56,895 nt of DNA from contig MGKT01000002.1 in the NCBI GenBank assembly GCA_001794755.1, forward strand, positions 65,130 through 122,024. The letters run 5' to 3'. The notes under the pieces are model-generated. The model ran no database searches, was not told the DNA's origin, and worked only from the letters and a program-made list of their open reading frames with translations. The stretch comes from Candidatus Yanofskybacteria bacterium RIFCSPLOWO2_02_FULL_44_18 (lineage in GTDB: Bacteria > Patescibacteriota > Minisyncoccia > 2-02-FULL-40-12 > GWA2-44-9). Shown one piece after another: positions 1-9,878 of the stretch. Position numbers and translations under genes: made by a program. Positions within the stretch are counted from its first letter, which is position 1. The number at the start of each line of letters is the position of its first letter.

Positions 1-89
1 TGCCCACTCTCGTTCTGGTCCTGACAATGGTGTCGGGTTCAGAACACGGAGTGGTTCTTTTCAATATTGTGTATGGAGGCACGCATCGC

Positions 90-1232
90 ATGGCCGACTT
101 ACTTCTCATTCGCGCCCACAATGGCGATGGCCTGACGTGGAAGTTTGTCGACCAGACGATGGTTGGCTACAAGATCGTGCTCGATCAGCCACCGACGATC
201 GCCATCTCCGATGGCGATATCTGGCAGGTCGAGCTGGTCAATACTTCCAGCGTCAAGGGCAAACGGCAAAAGATTGCCACCGTCCGGCTCGTGGCCAAGG
301 TGCAGCAGCTGAAAGCCTGGGAGAAGATAGCTGAACTGCCGGATCATTGGATTGATCCGGTTGATCTGAAGTGTATTCTCACATGGCTGCACAGCGGCAC
401 CGACATCATCCTGATCGGACCCAAGGGCAGCGGCAAGACAAGCCTCGGGTTCGTCATCGCGCGCACCCTCGGCTGGCAGGATCCGTACAAGGTCGACGTC
501 TACACGATCAAGCGGACGACCGACCTCTTCGGCACCGACGCCGCTCACCAAGGTTCGACGCTGTTCGTCCGGTCGGGACTACTCGATTACATCGAGCGGG
601 CCCAGATCGCGCTCGAGAGCGGCCTGGATACCCATTTCCTGGTCATCCTCGACGAGATCAACCGCGTCCATGCCAAGGTCAACGAGAGTCTTCACGGACT
701 TTTCGATGACACGCGACAGGTGACGGTGGTCACGACCGAAGGATCGAAGACGATCAAGCTGCCGCCGAACCTTCACGTTGTCGGGACCATGAACATGGGC
801 GCTGAATATCTCGGCGTTCATGGTCTGGACGAGGCACTGAAGGATCGGTTTGCGCCGGTGAAAGTCCGGCCGATGCCTGTCGACTACGAAGTGACAAAAC
901 TGGTGCGCGAGACGAAAGTCCTCGAACAGCAGGCGTTGGCAGTCGTGAAGGTCGCTCAGGCGTTGCGCGAATCAGCGACCGGCGGACAGATCTCGTTCGC
1001 GCCCAGTTACCGGGCTTGTCGGAATGTGGCGCGGCTCCTGAATCACGGCCTGGACCTCAAGACGGCAATCATCAAGGGGTTCCTGGGCTGGTATGAGGGA
1101 GAACTCGCGCTCGATCCGCGAGGCGAGGTGGCGCAACCGAACACTGAAATGGCGAAGGCCTATTCGGCGTTGCGGATGCGCGGCGTGGCTCAGGCCAAAG
1201 ACCTGATCCAGGTCGCGGCTCGTGAAATGTAG
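90..1232 (+). CDS. MoxR/CbbQ/NirQ-like AAA+ ATPase (AAA_5 type)
   Basis: Walker A GPKGSGKT, Walker B ILDEINR, sensor GTMN, LDEALKDRF arginine-finger motif; GGAGG SD before ATG at 90 (the ORF track starts at 27). Confidence 0.85.
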   Translation: MADLLLIRAHNGDGLTWKFVDQTMVGYKIVLDQPPTIAISDGDIWQVELVNTSSVKGKRQKIATVRLVAKVQQLKAWEKIAELPDHWIDPVDLKCILTWLHSGTDIILIGPKGSGKTSLGFVIARTLGWQDPYKVDVYTIKRTTDLFGTDAAHQGSTLFVRSGLLDYIERAQIALESGLDTHFLVILDEINRVHAKVNESLHGLFDDTRQVTVVTTEGSKTIKLPPNLHVVGTMNMGAEYLGVHGLDEALKDRFAPVKVRPMPVDYEVTKLVRETKVLEQQALAVVKVAQALRESATGGQISFAPSYRACRNVARLLNHGLDLKTAIIKGFLGWYEGELALDPRGEVAQPNTEMAKAYSALRMRGVAQAKDLIQVAAREM

Positions 1233-1895
1233 TGCGTTTGCTTGTCAGCCGAGAAGATCTTTGGTTTAAATCGGCTAAATGCGACCAGCGTTCGCTTTAC
1301 GCGGGGCTTCCGACTATTACCGATCTGGTAATAGTACGGCCTTGGTCCACAGACCTTGCCAGGGCTCGGCGCGGTAGCCGACAAGTGACACACCGTTACG
1401 GACTCCCTCCGGGGAGCTTCGGGGCTTCGCCCTCCGTAACGGTGCCGGTCCTTACGGACCTTGTCACTTGTATCGCTTCTATCCATACGCATTACTCGGG
1501 GACGTGTGATTCATGCGTCCCCACCCTTTCCAAGTATTTTTTAGAAAAATTTTTGGAAAGGGTGTTTCCTTGACTGGCTCTGTATCAGAGCGCACAGCTG
1601 TGCAGGATCGGTATTCCACCGTTTCACGCACTGCGTGGTCGTTTGAACTGATTTTGATTCAAGATCAGTGAGACCGCGGTCCGGAGAGATTGCTTGAAGG
1701 GTCTTGCTTACGCAAGGCATGTTCCGTGCCAGCTCTCGCAAGAGCGAGACCACTACGTTTCCGGCACGGAACCTGCAACAACTTCAGCTGCAACCCTCTC
1801 AGTCGAAACCCCCTTGTCCTCTGTAGCTTTGGCGAAGGAGGGTTGCTCGCTGTTTCAGCGAGCTCACCTTAACAATTTTCTCAACAAGGAGGCCT
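1233..1895 (+). ncRNA. candidate large structured RNA between the AAA+ and vWA genes
   Basis: Many perfect helices, e.g. 1381-1390/1462-1471, 1391-1402/1433-1444, 1522-1533/1553-1564, 1721-1730/1763-1772; no convincing ORF. Confidence 0.45.
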
Positions 1896-3578
1896 ATGGC
1901 CAACGTAATTCCGCTACACAACATGCGGGAAACAGGCGATGACCTCTTTGAGAGTTCAACGCCTGACGAAGAAGCGGCACGAATCCTGGAACGTGAATTG
2001 CCCCACCTCTGCAACGACATGGGTATGCTCATCAGTCGGCCGTTCCGGCTTGTCTGGGATCCCAGTGTCCAAACGGCCTCGACCGATTGCATCGCCGAGG
2101 TCCGAATTGCACCCCAGCCGTTCCTCGAAGGACGGCGGGACATCGGCTACGGCACGGCCTATCACGAAACCGGACACATCCGATATTCGGGGTACGGCCA
2201 GTGGCTACTCCGACGGGCAGACGAAGAAGGCGGACAGGTTCTGCGCGATTTGACCAACATCATCCTCGACCGAAAGGACGACATGTTGTTGGCCGATGAT
2301 GCGCCGGGATTCGCCGAGACGCTGCGTAAGCGGCTTCTATATATCTGCACCATGGGCCAGCGCAAGCGCTATGCCCGATTCAAAGGCAACATGAGTGAAG
2401 AGAACTTCGAAGGATTCTTGCGGCACATTCGGCCGCGTGATCCCTATGAGGATTTCTTCCTCGCCGCCAAGTGGCACCGGACGCCGCGTTTCAAATCGAC
2501 GGCTCGAGCGATGCGCTATGTTCGGCAGAATCGACTTCGCAAGGCTTCGCCGCAAGAGCTTCTCTGGATTGCCAAACGGGTCCAGGAAATCTTAGGCGAT
2601 TTGCCGGAGAAGGAAAAAGAGGACGCCGAACAGAAATTCACGCGGTTGTACGGCCTCATGGCGGGAATCGAATGCAATGTGCCCGGTCATTCACTGGATC
2701 CAAAGCTCGATCGAGCTTTGAAGAAGGTGATGGCCAGGTACGTGGCTTCGCTCCGGCAAGGCGGCCTACGGCAGCTGTTGAATCAGCTCAAAGCGGTCGG
2801 GGTTGTTTGGCCCGGTCCGTTATCCGTTGGTTTGGAAGATCGTGTTCCGGTCCGAAAAGTTCTCCCGGACGCTGATTGTCGCGGGCTGTATCAGCAATTC
2901 CTCGGTCCGCTCCAGCAGTACGTGGACGGGCTGAAGAAGCGACTGAAACAACTGGGTAATCCATCAGAGTTCGAGCTGTACGGCCGTGATGAAGGCGATC
3001 TCGATCTTTCAGAGAGCGCTCGCATCGCAACCGGCCTCTCGGGCTACTACATGGAAACCGTGGTCGAGCGGGACATTGATGCCGAAATACATCTGGCAAT
3101 CGACGCCAGCGGTTCAATGGCCAACAAGAAGATCGCAATCGCGAAGGGGATTGCAACCGTCTTTTCAGAGGCGATTCTGGCAATCCATCCGGCCTGTGAA
3201 GGTCGGATCTGGAGCTTTAACAGCGACGAGATCTGTGATTACGGCCCGGTCAGTCAAAGCTCTGCGTTCGTCCGAGCTGAAGGCCACAACGGCAACTCCG
3301 ATACCCATATGCTCAATGTGGTGGGCAAGGAGTTGGCTCATTCACGCAAGCGACGAAAAGTTCTGATCGTGCTGTGCGATGACGGTCCGGATGACATCGA
3401 AATGGTCAAACGGCTTTCGCGCCAGCTTGTTGCTCGAGGTATCATCGTGGTCCATCTCTTGGTTGGAGTGCATGGCACGCCGGACATCTATCCGGTGGAG
3501 CTCCTCTACACATCGATGCAGGAGTGCCTTGATGAGTTCGCTGATCTCCTGATGACCATCGTCGGTCATCTTAAGTAG
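1896..3578 (+). CDS. vWA (MIDAS) domain protein with N-terminal HExxH metallopeptidase-like domain (CobT/NorD-like MoxR partner)
   Basis: HETGH motif; MIDAS DASGS and LCDDG; AAGGAGG SD; adjacent to a MoxR-like ATPase. Confidence 0.8.
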   Translation: MANVIPLHNMRETGDDLFESSTPDEEAARILERELPHLCNDMGMLISRPFRLVWDPSVQTASTDCIAEVRIAPQPFLEGRRDIGYGTAYHETGHIRYSGYGQWLLRRADEEGGQVLRDLTNIILDRKDDMLLADDAPGFAETLRKRLLYICTMGQRKRYARFKGNMSEENFEGFLRHIRPRDPYEDFFLAAKWHRTPRFKSTARAMRYVRQNRLRKASPQELLWIAKRVQEILGDLPEKEKEDAEQKFTRLYGLMAGIECNVPGHSLDPKLDRALKKVMARYVASLRQGGLRQLLNQLKAVGVVWPGPLSVGLEDRVPVRKVLPDADCRGLYQQFLGPLQQYVDGLKKRLKQLGNPSEFELYGRDEGDLDLSESARIATGLSGYYMETVVERDIDAEIHLAIDASGSMANKKIAIAKGIATVFSEAILAIHPACEGRIWSFNSDEICDYGPVSQSSAFVRAEGHNGNSDTHMLNVVGKELAHSRKRRKVLIVLCDDGPDDIEMVKRLSRQLVARGIIVVHLLVGVHGTPDIYPVELLYTSMQECLDEFADLLMTIVGHLK

Positions 3579-3599
3579 CAGATAGATTTAGTTCTTTGC

Positions 3600-3638
3600 G
3601 AGGGTGCTTGACCAACGCGGTCGGGCACCCTCTTTTTT
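3600..3638 (+). terminator. intrinsic terminator (copy 1 of a shared terminator)
   Basis: GAGGGTGCTTGACC-AACGC-GGTCGGGCACCCTC followed by T6. Confidence 0.8.
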
Positions 3639-3655
3639 AGTGTCAAAATTGGCTA

Positions 3656-3685
3656 TTGACAGAGGGCCATAGAGTGTGCTATAAT
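3656..3685 (+). promoter_or_regulatory. sigma70-type promoter
   Basis: TTGACA-N18-TATAAT with extended -10 TG. Confidence 0.75.
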
Positions 3686-3716
3686 ATAGATATACTGCAT
3701 ATTCAAGGAGCCGCAG

Positions 3717-4001
3717 ATGATACGATTGATGGACGAGAAGCCGGATTCGTTCGGGAGGGTGCGGGTCGAGGTCGTGGCAGATGGCGCCAAGAGGGTGTCG
3801 TTCGCCCGGCTGGGCGCGCTCGTCGCGAATCACGCGACGGGCTTCTACGACCGGGTGCTCATCGGCGCGCCGCGCCTGTGCGAGGTCAAGAGCGGCGACG
3901 TCGTGACGCGACGAGAAGTCGCGCAGACGTACGTCGTGCCGACGACGATCAGCATCCGGTCATCCGCGAGCAAGGCGCCGGCCATCCGCCGCGCGGCGTA
4001 G
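3717..4001 (+). CDS. small hypothetical protein
   Basis: 94-aa ORF with AAGGAG SD directly after a consensus promoter; GC-rich third positions. Confidence 0.55.
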   Translation: MIRLMDEKPDSFGRVRVEVVADGAKRVSFARLGALVANHATGFYDRVLIGAPRLCEVKSGDVVTRREVAQTYVVPTTISIRSSASKAPAIRRAA

Positions 4002-4190
4002 TAGTTTGAAACGCCCCGCGTTTGGCGGGGCCCGTAAACCACGGCGTCGGCCATAGCCGCCGCCTTCCTTGGGAAAGGTATTTGTAGATGAAGATATAGA
4101 CCAGTCGTCGAGCGGGAGTCTCGGCTCACACGGCTAAGGGTTTGCCGACCCGGGGGATACAGCCTGAACCAACCCCCAAACAAACTCCCT

Positions 4191-4216
4191 GGAGCGTCAC
4201 CGACGCTCCTTTTTTA
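4191..4216 (+). terminator. intrinsic terminator
   Basis: GGAGCGTC-ACC-GACGCTCC plus T tract. Confidence 0.75.
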
Positions 4217-4244
4217 TTTGTAATTGATTTTATTTTGATGTTTA

Positions 4245-4787
4245 ATGATTCCAATGAGGAGATCCTATGAAAAATCCGGAATGACCGGAAAAATAGTTGA
4301 GCAAGAACTGTTCGGGAAAAGTCTGTATGAACGTGAAACAAAAGAATTATTTCCCGATTATTCTTACGCTGACAAGTTAAGGTGTCTTGATATTATTAAA
4401 AAACACCAACCTTCGAGCCCCACAAATCCACAAAGAGAATTTGCCCACCATGTCCGGTCCCGCGTCTGCATTTTATTAGGTGTCGATCAGAAAATTGTCA
4501 GGTTTTATACGGCAGTTGACTCGCCCTTGGATCAATTTCATCAAGTTGATGGCTGGTTTGAGATCAAATTTAGGGGCGTTAATATTTTGGTCACCGTTGA
4601 TTTAACCTCAAGGCCCGAAAAAGACAAAACCAGATCGGATATAATTTTTCACGTCCCTATTGAAGGGCTTTCGAGCGCTGTTGACGAAACAGAGTTTTTG
4701 AGTTATGCTAATGATATGTCAGAGCAAGTAGTGCTGGAATTTCAAAGACAGGGAATTCCGTCACGGAAAGGAAGCCATCATGGCTGA
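4245..4787 (+). CDS. hypothetical protein
   Basis: 180-aa ORF overlapping the next gene; start uncertain. Confidence 0.6.
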   Translation: MIPMRRSYEKSGMTGKIVEQELFGKSLYERETKELFPDYSYADKLRCLDIIKKHQPSSPTNPQREFAHHVRSRVCILLGVDQKIVRFYTAVDSPLDQFHQVDGWFEIKFRGVNILVTVDLTSRPEKDKTRSDIIFHVPIEGLSSAVDETEFLSYANDMSEQVVLEFQRQGIPSRKGSHHG

Positions 4788-5097
4788 CGAAACCAACAAC
4801 CGAAAGCTTTTCGGAAATATCACAGGGCCCAAGAAATCGGGCGGCCACACGCCGTCTCATGGAGAGCTTGTCAGACTTCTTAGTGGCCCAGACTCGGAAT
4901 TTCCATCTGAGGTTGCCAATGTTTACTGCGCGGGTTGTGGCGAAATTCAAGGCGTGAACACTGATGGCGCGGCGGAACTTTCAAAAAGGGCCGGCGTGCC
5001 GAGGCCAGAGGATTTTCAAAAAAAGTACTTCGAAGTTCAGGGCTGCATTTTTTGCAGCGATAACTTCGAGGAAGTGGTGCTTAAACGAGTCATCTGA
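4780..5097 (+). CDS. small protein with two CxxC pairs (possible zinc ribbon)
   Basis: CAGC...CIFC; AGGA SD; terminator at about 5101-5129. Confidence 0.6.
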   Translation: MADETNNRKLFGNITGPKKSGGHTPSHGELVRLLSGPDSEFPSEVANVYCAGCGEIQGVNTDGAAELSKRAGVPRPEDFQKKYFEVQGCIFCSDNFEEVVLKRVI

Positions 5098-5183
5098 CAC
5101 GGAGCGGTTCAAACAATCGCTCCTTTTTTATTTCTAAAGTCCGTCAAGTTGCTATTTTGTTGAATATTTCAGATAATTAATCC

Positions 5184-7409
5184 ATGGGTAGACACAAAAA
5201 AAGTCGAGACAGGTTTGATAAAAGAGATTACGAAAAAAAGCCGAAATTCGACATATCGCAGGAAACCAAAAACAGCATTTGGGGCATAGCCAGTTTTATA
5301 TTCTCCGTCCTCACGGTTCTCTCGTTCCTGGGCCGAGCCGGCCGGGCCGGAGATATTTTTAACCTATTCGCCCGCATGCTTTTCGGTTGGGGCTTTTTCA
5401 TAATTCCGATAGCTTTTCTTCTTCTGGGCTTCTCATTCTTTAAATCAGTAACAAGAAGAATATATTTCAGCGCCGTATTCGGTACCACGTTGTTTACTCT
5501 GGCTTTCCTGGCCATTCTTTACATATTCGGAAACGGAGATTTTTCACGCCGAATCATTCAAGGCGGATATCTCGGAGCGATACTGGGTCTGCCTCTTTTA
5601 ACGTCAGTCGGGTTTACGGCGGCGATAATAATACTTGTGGCGGCTTTGGCCGTATCGGTTCTGGTTTCTCTGGATATTTCAATTCCGAATTTGATATGGG
5701 GCAAAAAAGAGGAACTAGAGAAGGACAAGCCGATGGAGGCTATGGTTGTGAAGAGGAACAATGAAATAGTGTCAGATAAAAGGGAAACTTCCGCCAAATC
5801 GGTTCCCGCCGCCGTACCGATTAAAACCGATAGCGGAGAATTTGTTATCAAGAATTTAAAACATGGCAAATGGATATTGCCGCCTTTGAATTTGGTAAAT
5901 GACGATCAGGAAACGGCGACGACGGGGGACATAAACGCCAACGCCCTGGTAATAAAAAGAACTCTTCAGAATTTTGGCATTGACGTCGAGATGGGGGAGG
6001 TGGCCATCGGCCCGACTGTAACCCAGTTCACGATGCGGCCGGCCGTCGGGGTAAAGCTTTCCCGAATAACGGCCCTAAATTCCGATCTTTCTTTGGCCTT
6101 GGCCTCTCATCCAATTCGTATTGAAGCGCCGATTCCAGGCAAAGCCCTTGTCGGCATTGAAGTGCCTAACAGAAAAGTGGCCATAATCGGATTGAGAAAT
6201 CTTCTCGAAGAAGAAGATTTCGGCAAGTCTAAATATTTCCTACCCTTAGCCTTGGGCCGGGATGTTTCCGGTTCTCCCGTATTCGCGGGATTGGATAAAA
6301 TGCCCCACCTCTTAATTGCCGGTGCCACCGGGACGGGCAAATCGGTGATGATAAACACGATTCTGCTTTCGATGCTGTACAAACATTCTCCGGAAATGCT
6401 CAAGCTGATATTAATCGATCCGAAGCGAGTCGAGCTTTCTTTGTATAACGGAATTCCCCATTTGATAACGCCGGTTATTACCGACAACAAAAAAGTTCTG
6501 GGAGCTTTAAAATGGACGGTTAACGAAATGGAGCATCGTTACGAGCAGCTGTTAAAAGGGGGATCTAGAGATATCATGTCGTACAATACGCATATGGCTG
6601 AATCAAAAGAACCTGTTATGCCGTATATTATAGTGGTTATAGACGAGTTGGCGGACTTGATGGCTTCATACGGCCGGGATGTGGAGGCGGCGATTGTGCG
6701 TCTGGCCCAGATGTCTCGGGCCGTCGGCATCCACCTGATAGTCTCCACGCAAAGGCCTTCCGTCGAGGTGATAACCGGCCTCATTAAAGCCAACATCACA
6801 TCTCGTATAGGGCTGCAAGTTGCCAGCCAGATTGATTCAAGAACGATATTAGACATGGCCGGAGCGGAAAAACTTTTGGGCAAAGGCGACATGCTTTTCC
6901 TGTCCGGCGACTCATCTAAACCCAGAAGATTGCAAAGCCCTCTGGTATCGGAAAAAGAAGTTAAAGATGTCGTCAAATTCCTCGCGACTCAAGCCGAGAA
7001 AGCTCAAATGCAGGAAGAAACCGGACTATCAATTGATTTTGATGCCGGTGTTCCGTCGGGCGGAAGATTTGCAAATGAGGATGAAGATGCTGATGACGAT
7101 ATGTACAAAGAAGCGAAGGATGTTGTTATTCTGGCAGGCAAAGCCTCGGCATCATTGCTGCAAAGACGTTTACGCGTCGGTTACGCTCGCGCCGCGCGAT
7201 TGCTGGACATACTTGAAGAAAACGGCGTCATTGGGCCTGGCGACGGAGCAAAGCCGAGGGAAGTGTATTTGAAACCGGCCGGCATAGCCGATAGCTTGCC
7301 TGAAATTGAACCATATTCGGAACCCGATGAAATGGTCCCGGAGACAGCCTCGGCAACGATAAATTCCCCGGTTCCCAATTCCGATGATCTTGAAAAAGAA
7401 AATAAGTAG
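5184..7409 (+). CDS. ftsK: DNA translocase FtsK/SpoIIIE
   Basis: N-terminal TM helices, RIEAPIPGK, PHLLIAGATGTGKS, IDELADLM, STQRPSV, gamma domain SLLQRRLRVGYARAARLLD. Confidence 0.97.
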   Translation: MGRHKKSRDRFDKRDYEKKPKFDISQETKNSIWGIASFIFSVLTVLSFLGRAGRAGDIFNLFARMLFGWGFFIIPIAFLLLGFSFFKSVTRRIYFSAVFGTTLFTLAFLAILYIFGNGDFSRRIIQGGYLGAILGLPLLTSVGFTAAIIILVAALAVSVLVSLDISIPNLIWGKKEELEKDKPMEAMVVKRNNEIVSDKRETSAKSVPAAVPIKTDSGEFVIKNLKHGKWILPPLNLVNDDQETATTGDINANALVIKRTLQNFGIDVEMGEVAIGPTVTQFTMRPAVGVKLSRITALNSDLSLALASHPIRIEAPIPGKALVGIEVPNRKVAIIGLRNLLEEEDFGKSKYFLPLALGRDVSGSPVFAGLDKMPHLLIAGATGTGKSVMINTILLSMLYKHSPEMLKLILIDPKRVELSLYNGIPHLITPVITDNKKVLGALKWTVNEMEHRYEQLLKGGSRDIMSYNTHMAESKEPVMPYIIVVIDELADLMASYGRDVEAAIVRLAQMSRAVGIHLIVSTQRPSVEVITGLIKANITSRIGLQVASQIDSRTILDMAGAEKLLGKGDMLFLSGDSSKPRRLQSPLVSEKEVKDVVKFLATQAEKAQMQEETGLSIDFDAGVPSGGRFANEDEDADDDMYKEAKDVVILAGKASASLLQRRLRVGYARAARLLDILEENGVIGPGDGAKPREVYLKPAGIADSLPEIEPYSEPDEMVPETASATINSPVPNSDDLEKENK

Positions 7410-7450
7410 CGCCGCCTTGCTTTTTAAATTACGTTTTGTAAACTAGGCCC

Positions 7451-8473
7451 ATGGCAAAAAAATCTCAAACGTCCGGAAACGGAACCAGTGATTCCAAATC
7501 AAAACAAGTCGAACTGACAGTGAAACAGCTCCAGGAAAAATACGGGGAGGGTTCGATTATGAGACTTGGGGATGTGGGAAAGGTTGATGTGGATGTCATA
7601 CCCACCGGATCAATTTCCTTGGATCTTGCTTTGGGCGTCGGTGGAATACCGAGGGGGAGAGTCGTGGAAGTATACGGACCGGAGAGTTCGGGCAAAACAA
7701 CGCTTTGTCTGCATATTGTGGCTGAAGCCCAAAAGATGGGCGGCGTGGCAGCGTATATAGACGCGGAACACGCGCTTGATCCCGATTATGCCAAGAAGAT
7801 AGGGGTCAAAATTGAGGATCTTCTGATTTCCCAGCCCGACACCGGAGAGCAGGCGCTGGATATATTGGAAAGTTTGGTTAAGTCCGGTAGTGTCGACGTT
7901 GTCGTTATCGACTCCGTGGCGGCTTTGACGCCAAGAGCTGAAATTGAGGGGGAAATGGATCAGCAGCATGTCGGTCTGCAGGCTCGCCTGATGTCTCATG
8001 CCTTGCGAAAACTCACAGCTATAGTCGCCAAGACCAAGACCACAGTTATTTTTATAAATCAGCTGCGCATGAAAATCGGTGTGATGTTTGGAAATCCGGA
8101 AACAACGACCGGCGGGATGGCGCTTAAATTCTATTCTTCCATTAGAATCGAAATTCGACGGGCGGCCCAGATTCAGGCGTCGGAAAAAATTGTCGGAAAC
8201 AGGGTAAAGGTTAAGATTGTAAAAAATAAAGTAGCGCCGCCGTTCAGAACGTGTGAATTTGATATCTTGTACAATGAGGGCATTTCCAGATATTCCGATG
8301 TTGTAAATTCAGGTGTTCAGTACGCGGTCTTAACCAAGGCCGGAAGCTGGTATAACTACGGAAGCCATAAATTAGGGCAAGGAATTGAAGGATCAAGGCA
8401 GTTTTTGAAAGAAAATCCCAAGATTGAAAAAGAAATTGTCGACAAGATTCGGCTGGCCGCACTGGCCCAATAA
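7451..8473 (+). CDS. recA: recombinase RecA
   Basis: [48 protein letters not shown]. Confidence 0.99.
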   Translation: MAKKSQTSGNGTSDSKSKQVELTVKQLQEKYGEGSIMRLGDVGKVDVDVIPTGSISLDLALGVGGIPRGRVVEVYGPESSGKTTLCLHIVAEAQKMGGVAAYIDAEHALDPDYAKKIGVKIEDLLISQPDTGEQALDILESLVKSGSVDVVVIDSVAALTPRAEIEGEMDQQHVGLQARLMSHALRKLTAIVAKTKTTVIFINQLRMKIGVMFGNPETTTGGMALKFYSSIRIEIRRAAQIQASEKIVGNRVKVKIVKNKVAPPFRTCEFDILYNEGISRYSDVVNSGVQYAVLTKAGSWYNYGSHKLGQGIEGSRQFLKENPKIEKEIVDKIRLAALAQ

Positions 8474-8525
8474 TTTTTAGAATAAATAAAAACCGCCCCG
8501 AGCTTTGTCGAAGGGCGATTTTTGT

Positions 8526-8735
8526 TTATTTAACGGTCTGATTTCTGGTAAATGGCATGAGAGCCATGTATCTTGCGAGTTTAACCGCGTTGGCCAGTTT
8601 TCTCTGATGCTTGTCGCACAATCTGTTCCTCTTGCTGGATGCAATCTTAAACTGGGAAGTAACAAACTTCCTTAAGAATCTTGTATCTTTGTAATCGACA
8701 TGATTTATTCCTTCTTGGCAAAAATGGCATTCCAT
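8526..8735 (-). CDS. rpsR: 30S ribosomal protein S18 (zinc-motif form)
   Basis: CHFC...VDYKD...C.KHQRKLANAVKLARYMALMP; in rpsF-ssb-rpsR order. Confidence 0.95.
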   Translation of the reverse strand: MECHFCQEGINHVDYKDTRFLRKFVTSQFKIASSKRNRLCDKHQRKLANAVKLARYMALMPFTRNQTVK

Positions 8736-8738
8736 ATA

Positions 8739-9242
8739 TTAAAAAGGCAAATCTTCTTCTTTTATTTTTGTTTCATCTTCCTCGACCATCATTGGCGGGT
8801 TGACCGGCTCATCGGCGTTTATTATCGGTATTTCCGGTTCTTGAGGCTTATCCGGCGCGCTGTTGAATGATTGTTTCGGCTTAATGTCGCTGATGGGTTC
8901 TTGGCTGTATCCGGCCGGTCTTGGCCCAAGCTGCAGATTTTCGGCGATGATTTCGGTAAAATATCTTTTAACATTATCGTTTCCCGTCCAGCTTCGGGTT
9001 TGAATGCGGCCTTCAATTAAAACTAACCCACCTTTTCTCAAATATTTGGCGGCAATCTCACCGAGTCTTTGCCAGGCGATGACGGTATGATATTCGACGC
9101 TTTCCTTCCTCTGGCCACTGGCATCGTTCCATGTTCTATTTGTTGCTAATCTAAGCGTGGTAACGCTTTGTCCGGCCGGCGTGGCTCTTGTTTCCGGGTC
9201 TTGGGTTAATCTTCCGATTATATATACTTTATTTAAATTCAT
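8739..9242 (-). CDS. ssb: single-stranded DNA-binding protein
   Basis: NLNKVYIIGRLTQDPE, LVLIEGRIQTRSW, C-terminal EEDLPF. Confidence 0.97.
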   Translation of the reverse strand: MNLNKVYIIGRLTQDPETRATPAGQSVTTLRLATNRTWNDASGQRKESVEYHTVIAWQRLGEIAAKYLRKGGLVLIEGRIQTRSWTGNDNVKRYFTEIIAENLQLGPRPAGYSQEPISDIKPKQSFNSAPDKPQEPEIPIINADEPVNPPMMVEEDETKIKEEDLPF

Positions 9243-9245
9243 ATT

Positions 9246-9406
9246 TTAACTTGCCGATCGCTCTGCTGTCTCGCTTCGCTCGACTAAGCAGTACGCTCTT
9301 GGCCAATTTCTTCGTTAAAGTTTTCGCTTGCTCGTCACCATATCATATATATGGTTCCTCGCATTGCTCGACTTTGCCTCGAACTTGGCCAAGTCGGCTA
9401 CGTTAA
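9246..9406 (-). repeat. long imperfect palindromic element between rpsF and ssb
   Basis: Nested arms TTGGCCAA 9299-9306/9385-9392 and ACCATAT/ATATGGT 9337-9355; outer TTAAC..GCCGA / TCGGC..GTTAA. Confidence 0.55.
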
Positions 9407-9435
9407 TATTTTATACAGTTTAGTTCTACTTAGTT

Positions 9436-9873
9436 CTACAACTTTTCGATAACATCTTCAAGTTGTTTTTCCATTTCTTTTGTTTCCTGCTCCGTCGCCT
9501 TGGGCACCGGTTTTTTATCCAATCTGTCGTGGGGCCGGTATTGTCGGGATTGGGCTTTCCTTTTGGCGGCATCGGATGGGAGCTTCAAAATCAGATATCT
9601 CATCACTTCCGGCATGAGTTTTATCTGGCCGTCGAGGGAATTGAGACCTTCGCCGTTTTGGAGAGTGAAATTGAAATATCCAAAGAAGCTGGACTGGGAA
9701 TGTCCAATCGGATACGAAAGGCGAGTCTTCTCGGGTTCTTTCGTGAACGTAATTACAGCGCCAATGCCGTTTAAATCTCTCTCCAAATGTTGTCTGGCCG
9801 CTGTTAAACTCGCTTCATCCGTGTCGGGATTGATGTGATACGCGAGTTCATAATTGTGGCTTCTGTCCGCCAT
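9436..9873 (-). CDS. rpsF: 30S ribosomal protein S6
   Basis: YELAYHINP...RLSYPI...EVMRYLILK; operon context. Confidence 0.9.
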   Translation of the reverse strand: MADRSHNYELAYHINPDTDEASLTAARQHLERDLNGIGAVITFTKEPEKTRLSYPIGHSQSSFFGYFNFTLQNGEGLNSLDGQIKLMPEVMRYLILKLPSDAAKRKAQSRQYRPHDRLDKKPVPKATEQETKEMEKQLEDVIEKL

Positions 9874-9878
9874 GCGTT

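Noticed and set aside
1232-1895. Group II intron (spacer begins GTGCG)
   Set aside because: No recognisable domain V or VI and the flanking genes are complete; kept only as an unassigned structured region
1232-1942. Short ORFs in the AAA-vWA spacer (1232-1573, 1690-1872, 1694-1942)
   Set aside because: Non-ATG starts, no SD, no protein-like motifs; they overlap strong helices
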